DNA of 64,000 nucleotides from Escherichia coli (GTDB lineage Bacteria; Pseudomonadota; Gammaproteobacteria; Enterobacterales; Enterobacteriaceae): NCBI RefSeq assembly GCF_050920415.1, contig NZ_CP169309.1; one strand, 5' to 3'. Shown piece by piece: positions 19,594 to 28,697 of this stretch (position 1 is its first letter; each line of letters starts with the position of its first letter). The notes under the pieces were generated by a model. It saw only the letters and a program-made list of their open reading frames with translations, ran no database searches and was not told where the DNA came from. The position numbers and the translations under genes were made by a program.

Positions 19594-19615
19594 AAAACCC
19601 GCCGAAGCGGGTTTT
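19594..19615. terminator. Bidirectional terminator hairpin between convergent TA loci
   Basis: aaaacccgc-cgaa-gcgggtttt. Confidence 0.6.
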
Positions 19616-19629
19616 CATTAGAAGCACCT

Positions 19630-20115
19630 TTAGTTTTGCTGTTCTATTTTAAGCTTGATAGTTTCATACAAAACAATAGTTGCGCCTGTTTTACAGAATT
19701 CCCGGCTGTCATACGCACGAGACCAATAACACAACCAGTTCTCGAGATCTTCTCGAGTATAGGTTTTGCAGGCCAGTCCCTCTGCCATTTCCACGATTTC
19801 ATCGCCTGGTGCTGTTAACTCATAGCCATTCAACAACAAGAAGACATAACCAGCCATCATAGCTGTTCGTTTGTTTGCATTAGCAAATGGATGATTCTGA
19901 ATCAGACTTTCAATCAATACTGATGCCAGTACAAACATGTCATTAGTCTGTTCATACCATCGAACCATGCTGGGACGAGACTGAGAAGAACTTAAATTAT
20001 CAACACTCAGCACACTAACAGGTTCATCTGGTGTTTGAAGCTCAATTAAAAGGCGATTAATTTCGGTAAGATCATCAAACGAAAGGTAGTGCACTCCTTC
20101 AACAATCTCAGCCAT
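19630..20115 (-). CDS. Doc/Fic-family toxin (death-on-curing-like)
   Basis: HPFANANKRTA matches the Doc motif HxFx(D/N)(A/G)NKR; start at MAEIVEG. Confidence 0.7.
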   Translation of the reverse strand: MAEIVEGVHYLSFDDLTEINRLLIELQTPDEPVSVLSVDNLSSSQSRPSMVRWYEQTNDMFVLASVLIESLIQNHPFANANKRTAMMAGYVFLLLNGYELTAPGDEIVEMAEGLACKTYTREDLENWLCYWSRAYDSREFCKTGATIVLYETIKLKIEQQN

Positions 20116-20133
20116 AGAGCACAATACCCATCA

Positions 20134-20358
20134 TTACACTTTTGAAAGTTCTTCCATTGCCTTCTCGTAACGAGAAAAACCGAAATCGAAAGCATTTTTC
20201 ACCTGCTCACGATGAGTGCAATTTTCATCGATAGCCGGGCGCGGAGCTGCCACAACGCTTTTATCGCGAGGGGGAATAGTCAATCGCGGGTGTTTTTTTA
20301 GTGCGTAGCTCATTGGGTGTACCCTTACTTCTCCGTCCTGTTCTTTAACAAAAATCAA
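20134..20358 (-). CDS. Putative antitoxin partner of the Doc-like toxin (unclassified)
   Basis: 74-aa ORF ending 19 nt upstream of the toxin start; position only. Confidence 0.4.
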   Translation of the reverse strand: MIFVKEQDGEVRVHPMSYALKKHPRLTIPPRDKSVVAAPRPAIDENCTHREQVKNAFDFGFSRYEKAMEELSKV

Positions 20359-20432
20359 GTCAATACAAAATTAGTCAGGCTAATGTTGTTAGCATAGCCT
20401 AATACCAATCGTATTCACAACCATAGTACGTG

Positions 20433-20459
20433 AAAAAACCCGCCGAATCGGGTTAAGTG
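20433..20459 (-). terminator. Terminator / 3' fold of the hok mRNA
   Basis: Minus-strand hairpin aacccg-attcgg-cgggtt followed by T5. Confidence 0.5.
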
Positions 20460-20521
20460 CGGGTGCGTTGAGGATGCCTGACACATCAGAGGTGGCGAGG
20501 GATTTCTCCCCCGCCAGGTCT

Positions 20522-20677
20522 CTACTCCTCAGGTTCGTAAACTGTGAAGACAGCGACCTCCGTCTGGCCGGTTCGGATTCGTACCTCGCAGAGGTCTTTC
20601 CTCGTTACCAGTGCCGTCAATATGACGGTTAAACAGATGACGATCAGGGCGATTAACATCGCCTTTTGCTGCTTCAT
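20522..20677 (-). CDS. Hok/Gef-family type I toxin (HokD-like)
   Basis: 51 aa MKQQKAMLIALIVICLTV..RKDLCEVRIRTGQTEVAVF, near-identical in pattern to HokD. Confidence 0.85.
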   Translation of the reverse strand: MKQQKAMLIALIVICLTVILTALVTRKDLCEVRIRTGQTEVAVFTVYEPEE

Positions 20678-20900
20678 AGCCTGCTTCTCCTTGCCTTTCG
20701 GCACGTAAGAGGCTAACCTACATGTGTTCAGCATGGATTGAGCCTCAGATTAATGTTAAGCGTCTTGCCGGACGCGTAATGTTAACTGGGGCTTTTCTCT
20801 ATCTGCCTTTTGGTGTTCATGCCTGAGGCAGATAGCCTCAAGCACCCGCAGCAATTCTACTTAACTCACGTCACCTCGCCAATATAAAATCAATCAGAGA
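20678..20900. promoter_or_regulatory. hok leader / presumed antisense (Sok-like) control region
   Basis: Structured palindrome-rich region (ctgaggcagatag repeats) upstream of hok; assignment by analogy to hok/sok loci. Confidence 0.35.
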
Positions 20901-21140
20901 GGTGATTCATAAGAACGATAACAAGACAATAAATTGCCATTACTGCCGCAATAGCCAGCGCACATTTCAGAACCAGCACGATGACCTCCCATATTTGACG
21001 TACACGCGCATGGTTCAATATGTAGCAACCTATTTCTTGCTTCAATATAAAATCAGGTATTGTTGTATAACTATTTAACTAACTCCCTATCCCCACATCT
21101 CAGGCGCTCAACGTCTGTGTGCGGGGCGTTTTTTAATACC

Positions 21141-21224
21141 TTACCCCCAGCGGCAAATCGAATACACCACCAGCGCCACCGCCATTGCAATTCCTACCGT
21201 TGTGAATGCTTCAGGCCAGGTCAT
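21141..21224 (-). CDS. Small hydrophobic peptide (27 aa) candidate
   Basis: ATG overlaps stop of the upstream 183-aa gene (ATGA); sequence MTWPEAFTTVGIAMAVALVVYSICRWG. Confidence 0.3.
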   Translation of the reverse strand: MTWPEAFTTVGIAMAVALVVYSICRWG

Positions 21225-21772
21225 CGCAAAACATCCTCCGCGCTTATCAGTTCGTTCCGCTTCAGGTAGTCCATCGCCTTCTCCGGTAATTTGCAGTCTG
21301 GATTAGCTTTTTTCAGTTGACTGACCAGTCGTTTAACCCACATTGTTAATTCGCCAACTTGGTTACTGGATGCTAATGGATTGTCGGCTTTACCCAGAAT
21401 GACAGCACAGCAGGCCTCTTTGAGTACCCAATCAACAGCATCTTTCCATGCTCCTGTTTCGACTGGTGGATTCTCACGCTTTACCTGTTCATAAAAGCGC
21501 ACTGCTTTAACCAGTCCTTCAGGTGCTGCGAGCGCTGGCGGCACAGCGTAGAGTTGTATCCACTTTGGCGCTTTATCTCCAGCCGAATGCTGATACCAGC
21601 CGCCCGGCTTATACTCATAAAATTCACCAACAGGCTCCGCTTCCAGCGATGCCAGTGCAATTTTGAATAACTCACCCTCTACCCGTGCCATCTCTGAATT
21701 AGGGTGGCATTTCGCAATCGCTATTTTTAATTTAGCTTCTTCGATTAATTGCTCTTTTGTTAATTCAGTCAT
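21221..21772 (-). CDS. Hypothetical protein, nin-region (183 aa)
   Basis: ATG-initiated ORF in compact same-strand gene array. Confidence 0.5.
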   Translation of the reverse strand: MTELTKEQLIEEAKLKIAIAKCHPNSEMARVEGELFKIALASLEAEPVGEFYEYKPGGWYQHSAGDKAPKWIQLYAVPPALAAPEGLVKAVRFYEQVKRENPPVETGAWKDAVDWVLKEACCAVILGKADNPLASSNQVGELTMWVKRLVSQLKKANPDCKLPEKAMDYLKRNELISAEDVLR

Positions 21773-21867
21773 TTTTCATTACTGCCCTTTCAGGCGGCCT
21801 CCTGATGTTCTGAGGGTACAGAAATCCCTCCGGTTAAGGATTAAATTTTTAACAGTGCTAAATTTAA

Positions 21868-22257
21868 TTATTCAGTTCTGGATTTTGTCACCCTGCGTAT
21901 CCGCGCTTTCACGTTACGCTCAATCTGAATTAGCTTTTCTATATTTTTCCGCCTTTCCTGTTCCTCCTGGCGCAATAGTCTTACATCATCTGCCAGTCTG
22001 GTTTCTCTTTTCGCCACAGAGAGCATCCAGTCAAATAGATCCACAACTGCACCGCAGATTTTACAGCGGACCTGACGCTCTTTTTCGTCAACCCGGACAG
22101 AGGCGTGATGACAATATGGTCTTTCCGATGGCTCATAAAGAAAATTAACCTGATTACGTGGGTCATCCTCTTTTACCGGAAATAAAACAATATTACTTAA
22201 CTCATCTTCTGGTTTTATTTCCACGTTAGTCTCCTTTAATACGAATCCCTGCAACAC
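21868..22257 (-). CDS. Hypothetical protein with CxxC-containing segment (129 aa, non-ATG start)
   Basis: ORF in nin array; RCKICGAV motif. Confidence 0.4.
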   Translation of the reverse strand: MLQGFVLKETNVEIKPEDELSNIVLFPVKEDDPRNQVNFLYEPSERPYCHHASVRVDEKERQVRCKICGAVVDLFDWMLSVAKRETRLADDVRLLRQEEQERRKNIEKLIQIERNVKARIRRVTKSRTE

Positions 22258-22687
22258 GTAGTGAGTGCTCTAAGTCAGTCCGATGAATCCAGTTGCCATT
22301 TTCTTTAGGTATCATCACATGTCGCTCATCAGCATTTATCGGATGTCCATATCGAAGGTCGAAGCCAGCAGGTAACTGGATTTCCCTCGCCTCCAGTTCT
22401 GCAATGCGCTTGTCTTTAGCTTCCAGCTTATCCAGTATCGCCAGCGCAACCTTTGGATTAAAGGCAGCAATAAATTCAGCGTTTGCGTAAGCCTGAGCAT
22501 CTGTTTCAACCAGGCAGTTAACATGACATTCTGCAATCACGCCACCGGGTTCTCCTTTCCATTTTTGACAAACAAAAACTCCTGTTAAATTGCCATTCTG
22601 GTTAACAGACGTATGCCCTACGATGTAGCTTCCTTTAGTTGCTTTCTCTGCCGCCTCTCGCAGTGCCTGACAGTTAATTTCGCTCAC
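22226..22687 (-). CDS. Hypothetical protein (153 aa, GTG start)
   Basis: ORF in nin array, overlapping neighbours by short stretches. Confidence 0.4.
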   Translation of the reverse strand: MSEINCQALREAAEKATKGSYIVGHTSVNQNGNLTGVFVCQKWKGEPGGVIAECHVNCLVETDAQAYANAEFIAAFNPKVALAILDKLEAKDKRIAELEAREIQLPAGFDLRYGHPINADERHVMIPKENGNWIHRTDLEHSLRVAGIRIKGD

Positions 22688-22907
22688 TGTTTACCTCCTG
22701 CAACGCTACCCGGTACGCCTTCTTTATCCACGCTGTACTGCCATATAACTTCGTCTTCATAAAAAACACACCTGCACGGCTCGCCGATATCCCCGGACAG
22801 GCTAACAGCACTGCATCCACCACACGGTTATGCTTCCGGAACTCCATTACAGTACTGCTGATAACCACCTGCCCCACCGGGCCGTAATCCTGATACAGGA
22901 TTTTCAC
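22674..22907 (-). CDS. Hypothetical protein (77 aa)
   Basis: ORF in nin array. Confidence 0.3.
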   Translation of the reverse strand: MKILYQDYGPVGQVVISSTVMEFRKHNRVVDAVLLACPGISASRAGVFFMKTKLYGSTAWIKKAYRVALQEVNSERN

Positions 22908-23158
22908 GCAGACACCCTCCTGTCGAAATAAACGTAGTTATTCACTGTGCGCAACGGCATTCCAAATTTTCTGGCGATTTCTCTCCTGGACACGCCACGC
23001 TGATGCAGTTGTCGCGCCAGCTCAATATCACTCTGCGGATATTTTGCTGACTGGTGAAAATCACCACGCAGAATCAGACTTATTCCCATCTCCCGGGCTT
23101 TCGTCCTGACCGCCGCCTCACTACGGCCAATCAGACTGCCGATGCTTTTTACCTTCAT
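22904..23158 (-). CDS. Small HTH protein (84 aa)
   Basis: HTH-like SRREIARKFGMPLRTVNNYV; start set at ATG 23158 to avoid overlap with next gene. Confidence 0.4.
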   Translation of the reverse strand: MKVKSIGSLIGRSEAAVRTKAREMGISLILRGDFHQSAKYPQSDIELARQLHQRGVSRREIARKFGMPLRTVNNYVYFDRRVSA

Positions 23159-23214
23159 TGTTCCCGCGCACTGCCGAAGAATAAGGATTTCAGCCCGCCC
23201 CCAGCCACGCCATC

Positions 23215-23982
23215 TCACTTCACATCCTCTCTGGAACAATTCATCTGCCGTATAATATCCCGGTACTTGTTCAGCTCCCGCAGCGCGGCGCAGACACGCT
23301 CCCACTTCTGGACATGGCTTTTCGCCCGACGCAATTCGCGGTTTGCTATATGCAGCGATGGTAAAATCAGGTCATCCCCTTGCGTTTCGGTGAGCGATGG
23401 TAACGACTGCACCATGTCCGCCACAGTTTCTGTTTTAATATCTTCCTGTGTTGCAGCTTCCTGTACCGGTAACGCAACACCGGCTGGCTGAGGAAAGGCT
23501 TTGCCATCGGTTTCCGCTACGGCTACGGATGCAGCTTCCGGCTCTGCCGGTAAATCAGCGCCCGGTATGCAGTAACGAAATTTACCGTTCTGGTTTACGC
23601 GTGCCAGCCGCCCCGTGGCGGTTACTACCGCCAGCGTGGAAGCAACCTTGCGAGTGCTGACACCGAACTTACCCGCCAGTTCCTCACACGTTTTAGCCCC
23701 CTCCTGACCGATAAACTCAATCATCATGTCAGCGGTAACTTTTTGTCCGACCACCCCGGTCAGCACATCCGGTACTTCAGATTGTGCTGGCTGCTCTTCG
23801 GTTACCCCGGATTCACCTTCACCAGCCAGAAACCAGGTGCGACCCGTTTTATCAACAACACCATTTCTTTTCAGTTCCCACAGCTCGTTCAGCATTTCTT
23901 CGCGACTGATATCAAGTCGCGCAGCCAGCTCTGCCGACGTGGCTTTCCCCATTGCTTTCAGTGCGTCAAAAACAGTCTCCAT
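23215..23982 (-). CDS. Hypothetical protein with two winged-helix-like segments (256 aa)
   Basis: Start at [12 protein letters not shown] with GGGAGG SD; acidic central linker. Confidence 0.5.
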   Translation of the reverse strand: METVFDALKAMGKATSAELAARLDISREEMLNELWELKRNGVVDKTGRTWFLAGEGESGVTEEQPAQSEVPDVLTGVVGQKVTADMMIEFIGQEGAKTCEELAGKFGVSTRKVASTLAVVTATGRLARVNQNGKFRYCIPGADLPAEPEAASVAVAETDGKAFPQPAGVALPVQEAATQEDIKTETVADMVQSLPSLTETQGDDLILPSLHIANRELRRAKSHVQKWERVCAALRELNKYRDIIRQMNCSREDVK

Positions 23983-24016
23983 TAAAATTTCCTCCCGGTA
24001 AAAATCACTTCTCAAC

Positions 24017-24682
24017 TCAAACAAAACCAGCCGCTTTCCGGCGTTCATATTCCTGTTTCAGCAACTCAATTGGCGTTGGTCCCGACGGGCGTTTGGGTGC
24101 TGCCAGTTGCCGCCGTACGGGCGGAACGCTCAGGCCGTTACCAACATGCTTTGCCCATTTCGTCAGCTGCCGTTCCGCAAGGCGTTTTAACTCCCCTTCG
24201 GTCATCTGGCGCTCAATCCCCTTTGAACGCATCTCGAGGCAAATGTGATACAGCACAGGCTGAGACCACGGATATTTATCGCTTCCGTCGTATCGCCAGG
24301 ACTCGTTGCGCCAGCGGCGGTACTCCTCCATCACAGCATCCACCGTCAGACCGAATGGATTGGCTCCGCTTTCCGAAATCAGCGCCACAAACTCAGCCAG
24401 GTCCGGAGGCCATGTTTCACCCGCCCGGCAGCGGTCCATGCACTGGCGGCAGACCAGCCGGATTTGCTGCTCAGTCATCGCGCCAATCTGTGCAATCCAG
24501 AGCTTCGAAGGTGCGACCCCGTTCTTCTGGGTCCAGCGGTTCGAATAAACCTCCCCCATGAGTTCCCACAGCTTCCAGGCCGTTTCCGTCTCTGATAAAT
24601 CCGTTTTCACGTTCCCACTGCTCACGTGCTGCCCGAATTTCCTGAACTGCCCGTGATGCGGTGCCACCTGGTGCTGCTGCAT
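24017..24682 (-). CDS. Replication protein P-like (helicase loader)
   Basis: Blocks resembling lambda gpP ([44 protein letters not shown]); AAGGGGG SD before ATG 24682. Confidence 0.65.
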   Translation of the reverse strand: MQQHQVAPHHGQFRKFGQHVSSGNVKTDLSETETAWKLWELMGEVYSNRWTQKNGVAPSKLWIAQIGAMTEQQIRLVCRQCMDRCRAGETWPPDLAEFVALISESGANPFGLTVDAVMEEYRRWRNESWRYDGSDKYPWSQPVLYHICLEMRSKGIERQMTEGELKRLAERQLTKWAKHVGNGLSVPPVRRQLAAPKRPSGPTPIELLKQEYERRKAAGFV

Positions 24683-25511
24683 GGTTTACCCCCTTGCTGA
24701 CAGGTTTAACCTGTGCCCTGACGTGATTTACGTGACGGGCGAATTTCTGCTCCCACTGAACCTGCGTGAACACTTTCCCCTCCGCTGCCCAGTAATCCCG
24801 GAAGGCGGCAAGTTCAGCAGGTGTAAATTCTGGTTCCGGCAGAGCCACTCCCCACAGTGCAGCCCGCCGTCGAAAATCCGGCGACGGATACCAGTCATCG
24901 GTCATCGGAAATTTTCCGATGGGCTCGCTCAGGACATCCAGGAATACAGGGGGCGCTGCCTGTAACGACAAAACTTCCTGCTCACTGGTCGGAGCACTCT
25001 CGCATGCGTTATGTGTGGGGTTTAGATCTTTGGGTTCCTTTGGGTTCCGTGATCCGTTTTTGGGTGTCTTTAATGGAAAATTTGGGTCTCTTTGGTTATT
25101 TTTCATGCAGCAAAGAGTCCCGTTTTTGGGGCTGTTTTGTGCTGAAACATAACCGTTTTCGGTACTGTTTTTATTAACAGCACCAATTTTACCCACCTTT
25201 AAAGACTCCCGTTTTTGGGTGTATTCAGGCTCGGCAACACTTTCTTCTACACCGATAAGTCGGTACACCACAATTTGCTTTGTTCTGCCTTTTCTCTCAC
25301 CGGTATCAACAATTACCCCAATCTCCATCAGGTGTCGTAAGCTGTCCTGCACAGTCTTTTTGTTCAGTTCCGTTACTTCTGCCAGTGCAGATACAGACGG
25401 GTATGCACACAAATCGGCACCGCACATATCAGCAAGCCAGGTCAATACTGACTTACTGGATGAACTGCCGGTTTTCACCTTTTTAGCCCATCGTAGTGCA
25501 TCGATACTCAT
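24471..25511 (-). CDS. Replication initiator O-like protein (N-terminal wHTH, C-terminal DnaT-like region)
   Basis: Start at [11 protein letters not shown] with AGGGG SD; iteron origin embedded in linker-coding region. Confidence 0.65.
   Translation of the reverse strand: MSIDALRWAKKVKTGSSSSKSVLTWLADMCGADLCAYPSVSALAEVTELNKKTVQDSLRHLMEIGVIVDTGERKGRTKQIVVYRLIGVEESVAEPEYTQKRESLKVGKIGAVNKNSTENGYVSAQNSPKNGTLCCMKNNQRDPNFPLKTPKNGSRNPKEPKDLNPTHNACESAPTSEQEVLSLQAAPPVFLDVLSEPIGKFPMTDDWYPSPDFRRRAALWGVALPEPEFTPAELAAFRDYWAAEGKVFTQVQWEQKFARHVNHVRAQVKPVSKGVNHAAAPGGTASRAVQEIRAAREQWERENGFIRDGNGLEAVGTHGGGLFEPLDPEERGRTFEALDCTDWRDD
25025..25225. promoter_or_regulatory. Replication origin iterons (TTTGGGT core, at least 6 copies) with adjacent AT-rich stretch
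   Basis: ctttgggttc x2, ccgtttttgggtgt x3 and related copies inside the O-like gene. Confidence 0.55.
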
Positions 25512-26034
25512 ACGAACCCCTGGCAGACATTTGTTTATCTGCAAAGTAATATTGGTATTGCTGACGATACGCATGCTTGAAAGCAATAGCTTTTTCTATA
25601 AGCTCGTCAGTCTCACGTTCCACAACAGCTGGATCCGCAAAAAGCAGCCCGGACTCCACCACATCGCCATATTCTTTGTTTAACCCGGCGATCATGTATG
25701 TAATACTTTTTCCATCAGTAATTTCGCGATACAACCTGAAATCACTAACCCGGATAGCCTCCATAATTGCCGGAATCAGCGCCGTGAATTTTTCACGCTT
25801 ATCCCTGGTGTCGATAGCTTTCCAGCGTTCGAATATCTTCACCCGGTTAACGCCCAGCGCCCGTTGATCAACCGCGCCATCATCAAACGTGACGCGTTGA
25901 ACATCGATGTTCGGGCGTTCTTTCATAGCCCAGAATGCTTCCGTGATTAATATCGTCGCCTGCTCCTGTGTCATTCCTGGTCGGCATATCCAGGCATCCA
26001 GAGCCTCACAAACCTGTTCAGGGGTGATTTTCAT
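25483..26034 (-). CDS. Hypothetical early protein in the cII position (183 aa)
   Basis: ORF between dicC-like cro and O-like gene; not recognised. Confidence 0.45.
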   Translation of the reverse strand: MKITPEQVCEALDAWICRPGMTQEQATILITEAFWAMKERPNIDVQRVTFDDGAVDQRALGVNRVKIFERWKAIDTRDKREKFTALIPAIMEAIRVSDFRLYREITDGKSITYMIAGLNKEYGDVVESGLLFADPAVVERETDELIEKAIAFKHAYRQQYQYYFADKQMSARGSYEYRCTTMG

Positions 26035-26245
26035 TGTTCAACCGCCCCGCCCGCTTTGCCTTACGATATTCGTCATAAACTTTGGGGTCGTACTGAAGTT
26101 CCCCGCCGGATGCCTCTTGCAGGCGCATCGCGCGACCTTCAGGAACCAGTTCCCCCCATGCAGCAATGCTTGCCAGCCTAACTCCTGCGGCATTGGCAAG
26201 CTTTGTTTTGCTGCCAAAAAACGCTATAGCATCAATTTTCAACAT
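26018..26245 (-). CDS. dicC: Cro-like repressor DicC
   Basis: 75 aa, very similar to Qin DicC (YFGSKTKLA..EGRAMRLQEASGGELQYDPKVYDEYRK). Confidence 0.85.
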   Translation of the reverse strand: MLKIDAIAFFGSKTKLANAAGVRLASIAAWGELVPEGRAMRLQEASGGELQYDPKVYDEYRKAKRAGRLNNENHP

Positions 26246-26321
26246 ATCGAACCCCTTAGATTTTCCTAAGGAAACTAGATCGTAGAGAAACCTAAGTCAA
26301 GAAAAATTAGAATTCCCTAAT
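26246..26321. promoter_or_regulatory. Divergent dicC/dicA promoter-operator region
   Basis: 18-bp palindrome CCTTAGATTTTCCTAAGG (26254-26271) and CCTAAG half-site at 26291. Confidence 0.5.
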
Positions 26322-26729
26322 ATGAAAAACGAAACCTTCGGTGCTCGCCTCTTACATAGGCGTAAAAAATTAAAACTGTCTCAGGCCGCATTAGGTAAGC
26401 TGGTCAAAGTGGCTCACGTAACAATTTCTCAATGGGAAAGAGATGAAACACAGCCGGCGGGGAAAAGATTATTCGCACTGAGCCAAGCGCTTCAGTGCTC
26501 ACCGACTTGGCTTCTTTTTGGGGATGAAGATAAACAGCCAGGCGAACCGATCCCAGATAATCAGCCAGCCATTCTGACAGAAGATCAAAAAGAGTTACTT
26601 CAACTGTTCGACGCACTGCCTGAATCAGAGCAAAAGGCCCTGTTGTCAGAGATGCGTGCTCGAGTTGAAAATTTCAACAAACTTTTTGAAGAACTACTCA
26701 AAGCTCGCAAAAGAAGTGCAAACAAATAA
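26322..26729 (+). CDS. dicA: CI-like HTH repressor DicA
   Basis: 135 aa, Qin DicA-like (LFALSQALQCSPTWLLFGDEDKQP, C-terminal MRARVENFNKLFEELLKAR). Confidence 0.9.
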   Translation: MKNETFGARLLHRRKKLKLSQAALGKLVKVAHVTISQWERDETQPAGKRLFALSQALQCSPTWLLFGDEDKQPGEPIPDNQPAILTEDQKELLQLFDALPESEQKALLSEMRARVENFNKLFEELLKARKRSANK

Positions 26730-26794
26730 CCCCCCCTTTTTCTCCACACCCTGTAATAAAAAGCACAAATTTTCAAACACTTGTGTTTTTTACA

Positions 26795-26860
26795 TTAAAA
26801 AACTTAGGTTTTTCTACATAAAAACCTTGACCACTCACCTTAGGTTATTCTAAATTTCAT
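26795..26860 (+). promoter_or_regulatory. Operator-flanked promoter candidate for the ydfA-dicB operon
   Basis: TTGACC at 26826 with CTTAGG sites at 26803 and 26839. Confidence 0.4.
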
Positions 26861-26932
26861 TCATCAAGACACTGCACGGTGTTCTCAGCAAACAGTTCCG
26901 CCCCCCTGGCGTTAAGGGGAAATAAGGTCAGC

Positions 26933-27085
26933 ATGGATACTATCGAGCTTGGCAACAACGAATCTCTGGTATGCGCCGTGTTCCCCAACCAGGACGGCAC
27001 GTTCACCGCGATGACGTATACCAAAAGCAAAACGTTTAAAACCGAAACTGGCGCACGTCGCTGGTTAGCAAGAAACACTGACTGA
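26933..27085 (+). CDS. ydfA: YdfA-like protein (DUF1391)
   Basis: MDTIELGNNESLVCAVFPNQDGTFTAMTYTKSKTFKTETGARRWL, near-identical in pattern to Qin YdfA. Confidence 0.8.
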   Translation: MDTIELGNNESLVCAVFPNQDGTFTAMTYTKSKTFKTETGARRWLARNTD

Positions 27086-27096
27086 TGAGGCTGACG

Positions 27097-27735
27097 ATGG
27101 AATTTAAAGATTTACCAATATCAATACAGGAAATGGCCGCTGATGTGATTCGCTCGCAACTGGCGCGGAACCCAATGATATTAGTAGATAAAGTGTTCAT
27201 CAGAAATTTATCAAATCATGTCCGCAATTCTTTTACCGGACTGTATTCAGATTCGTTCACAAACAATCATTGTGTAGAAAATAAAGCAAAGCCCATTGCA
27301 GAAACGATAACGCAAAACATCAATACGAAACCAACGGAAGAAGAAATTGATCAGTTTGCTCATGATGCTGGTTTAAAAAACAAGAAAGAAAAATCGCCAT
27401 ATGCGGGAAACATGTTTGTTTATGACAACCTTATCCGAATTCGTGGCGAAATTCCGACTGAATACCTGGCAAACGTTCATCAGGCATTACTTAAAAATCT
27501 GGAAACAGAGTTATTTGATGGCAACACCAACGGCTCCTTCAGTGTGTCAGCGCTTGCGAAAGAATGGGATACAGAGAATAGCTGGAATGTTGCCACATGG
27601 TTATTCAGCAACAAAGCTGCTGCCCTGGAAGCTGCGGCGTGTATTTGCGACCTGCTAAGGACAGACCGCAAATACAACCTGGATGTGTATAGCTATATTT
27701 ATGCTGAACACTATCCGCTATGGATTACCTGGTAA
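27097..27735 (+). CDS. Hypothetical protein, 212 aa (or 216 aa from ATG 27085), unknown function
   Basis: GAGG SD before ATG 27097; alternative ATG 27085 overlaps ydfA stop; occupies the ydfB/ydfC position. Confidence 0.55.
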   Translation: MEFKDLPISIQEMAADVIRSQLARNPMILVDKVFIRNLSNHVRNSFTGLYSDSFTNNHCVENKAKPIAETITQNINTKPTEEEIDQFAHDAGLKNKKEKSPYAGNMFVYDNLIRIRGEIPTEYLANVHQALLKNLETELFDGNTNGSFSVSALAKEWDTENSWNVATWLFSNKAAALEAAACICDLLRTDRKYNLDVYSYIYAEHYPLWITW

Positions 27736-27945
27736 TTACAAAGCTATACCAGCAGGGCCACGGCGACCAGCGCCACGATTGTAATCAATGATGCCATTAT
27801 AAAGCGCATTATTTAATTTATCGTCGAATGCCGATTCTGTGAGCCCTAGCTCTGAATGAGTTTTTAATAACCCTGATTGCCTGAGTTGATTAACCAGGCA
27901 TTCAATCTGTTTTTCAATAAGCGGATGTATTGGCTTGTTTGGCAT
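27736..27945 (-). CDS. Hypothetical small protein, 69 aa, convergent with the 212-aa gene
   Basis: Strong GGAGG SD 6 nt before ATG (MPNKPIHPLIEKQ..). Confidence 0.4.
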   Translation of the reverse strand: MPNKPIHPLIEKQIECLVNQLRQSGLLKTHSELGLTESAFDDKLNNALYNGIIDYNRGAGRRGPAGIAL

Positions 27946-28270
27946 TTTATCCTCCATTGAGGTTCTGGGTTAAAAATGGAGACCAACACGCTGTCACGTG
28001 TGGTCGTGCGCCGGACACGGATAAGAATCCGGCACAGACAGTTTACTGAAAGGATATATCCCTGAAAAGTCAGGGCATAACGCGAAAGCGCACGGCGAGG
28101 TTTATGGTTCATAGATAGCCTGTCGTTAAATTTTCGTCGAACGTGCGCTTCCGGTTGTGGCACTCCGCGAAATGGCGCGGCGGTAAGTATGGCGGGGTTT
28201 TCCTTACCCCCACTGGTGACACCGGGTTGTCAGGTTGACCATACGCCTGAGTGACAACCCCGCTGCAACA

Positions 28271-28335
28271 CTCCATGTTGATTGGTACCTTTGGCGGCAT
28301 CAGTTTTCATTGCTGGCTGATGTCCGCCCTTTTTA
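28271..28335 (+). ncRNA. dicF: DicF-like small RNA with intrinsic terminator
   Basis: TTTGGCGGCATCAGTTTT..GCCGCCCTTTTT resembles K-12 dicF as remembered; ~175 nt upstream of dicB. Confidence 0.6.
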
Positions 28336-28508
28336 AAGTGAATTTTGTGATGCGGTGAATGCGGCTCAGCGCACGCGGAACAGTTAAAACAGTAAAGCGG
28401 TCCTTTACTGGCGTAACGTGAAATACTCCGGCGTTAATTGTTAACTGGTTAACGTCACCTGGAGGCACCAGGCACCGCATCACAAAATTCATTGTTGAGG
28501 ACGCGATA

Positions 28509-28697
28509 ATGGAAAAGTTATCATGCAATGCCAGTACGTCTGAACTTCGTTTCGAAATTGGCGTTATCACCGGAGACAAAACATTTATTGAAGACGCCAT
28601 TAAGCAGAGAACACTCGAGCAGGACCTGTTAAATGAAGTATGCATTCCTTCAATGCTGGCTCGTCTGGACCTGCTGCAAAAAGGATATAAACAATGA
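28509..28697 (+). CDS. dicB: Cell division inhibitor DicB
   Basis: 62 aa; FEIGV..FxEDAIKQR..LLNxxCIxSMLARL pattern as in DicB. Confidence 0.85.
   Translation: MEKLSCNASTSELRFEIGVITGDKTFIEDAIKQRTLEQDLLNEVCIPSMLARLDLLQKGYKQ

Noticed and set aside
21060-21269. 69-aa plus-strand ORF
   Set aside because: Overlaps the coupled 27-codon minus-strand ORF and the 3' end of the 183-aa gene; no SD; likely spurious.
25025-25225. Short direct repeats that could be mistaken for a CRISPR array
   Set aside because: Repeats are 10-15 bp iterons without regular spacers, lie inside the O-like gene and fit a lambda-type replication origin.
28109-28645. Minus-strand ORFs of 63 and 112 aa
   Set aside because: Overlap the DicF-like sRNA and dicB on the opposite strand.
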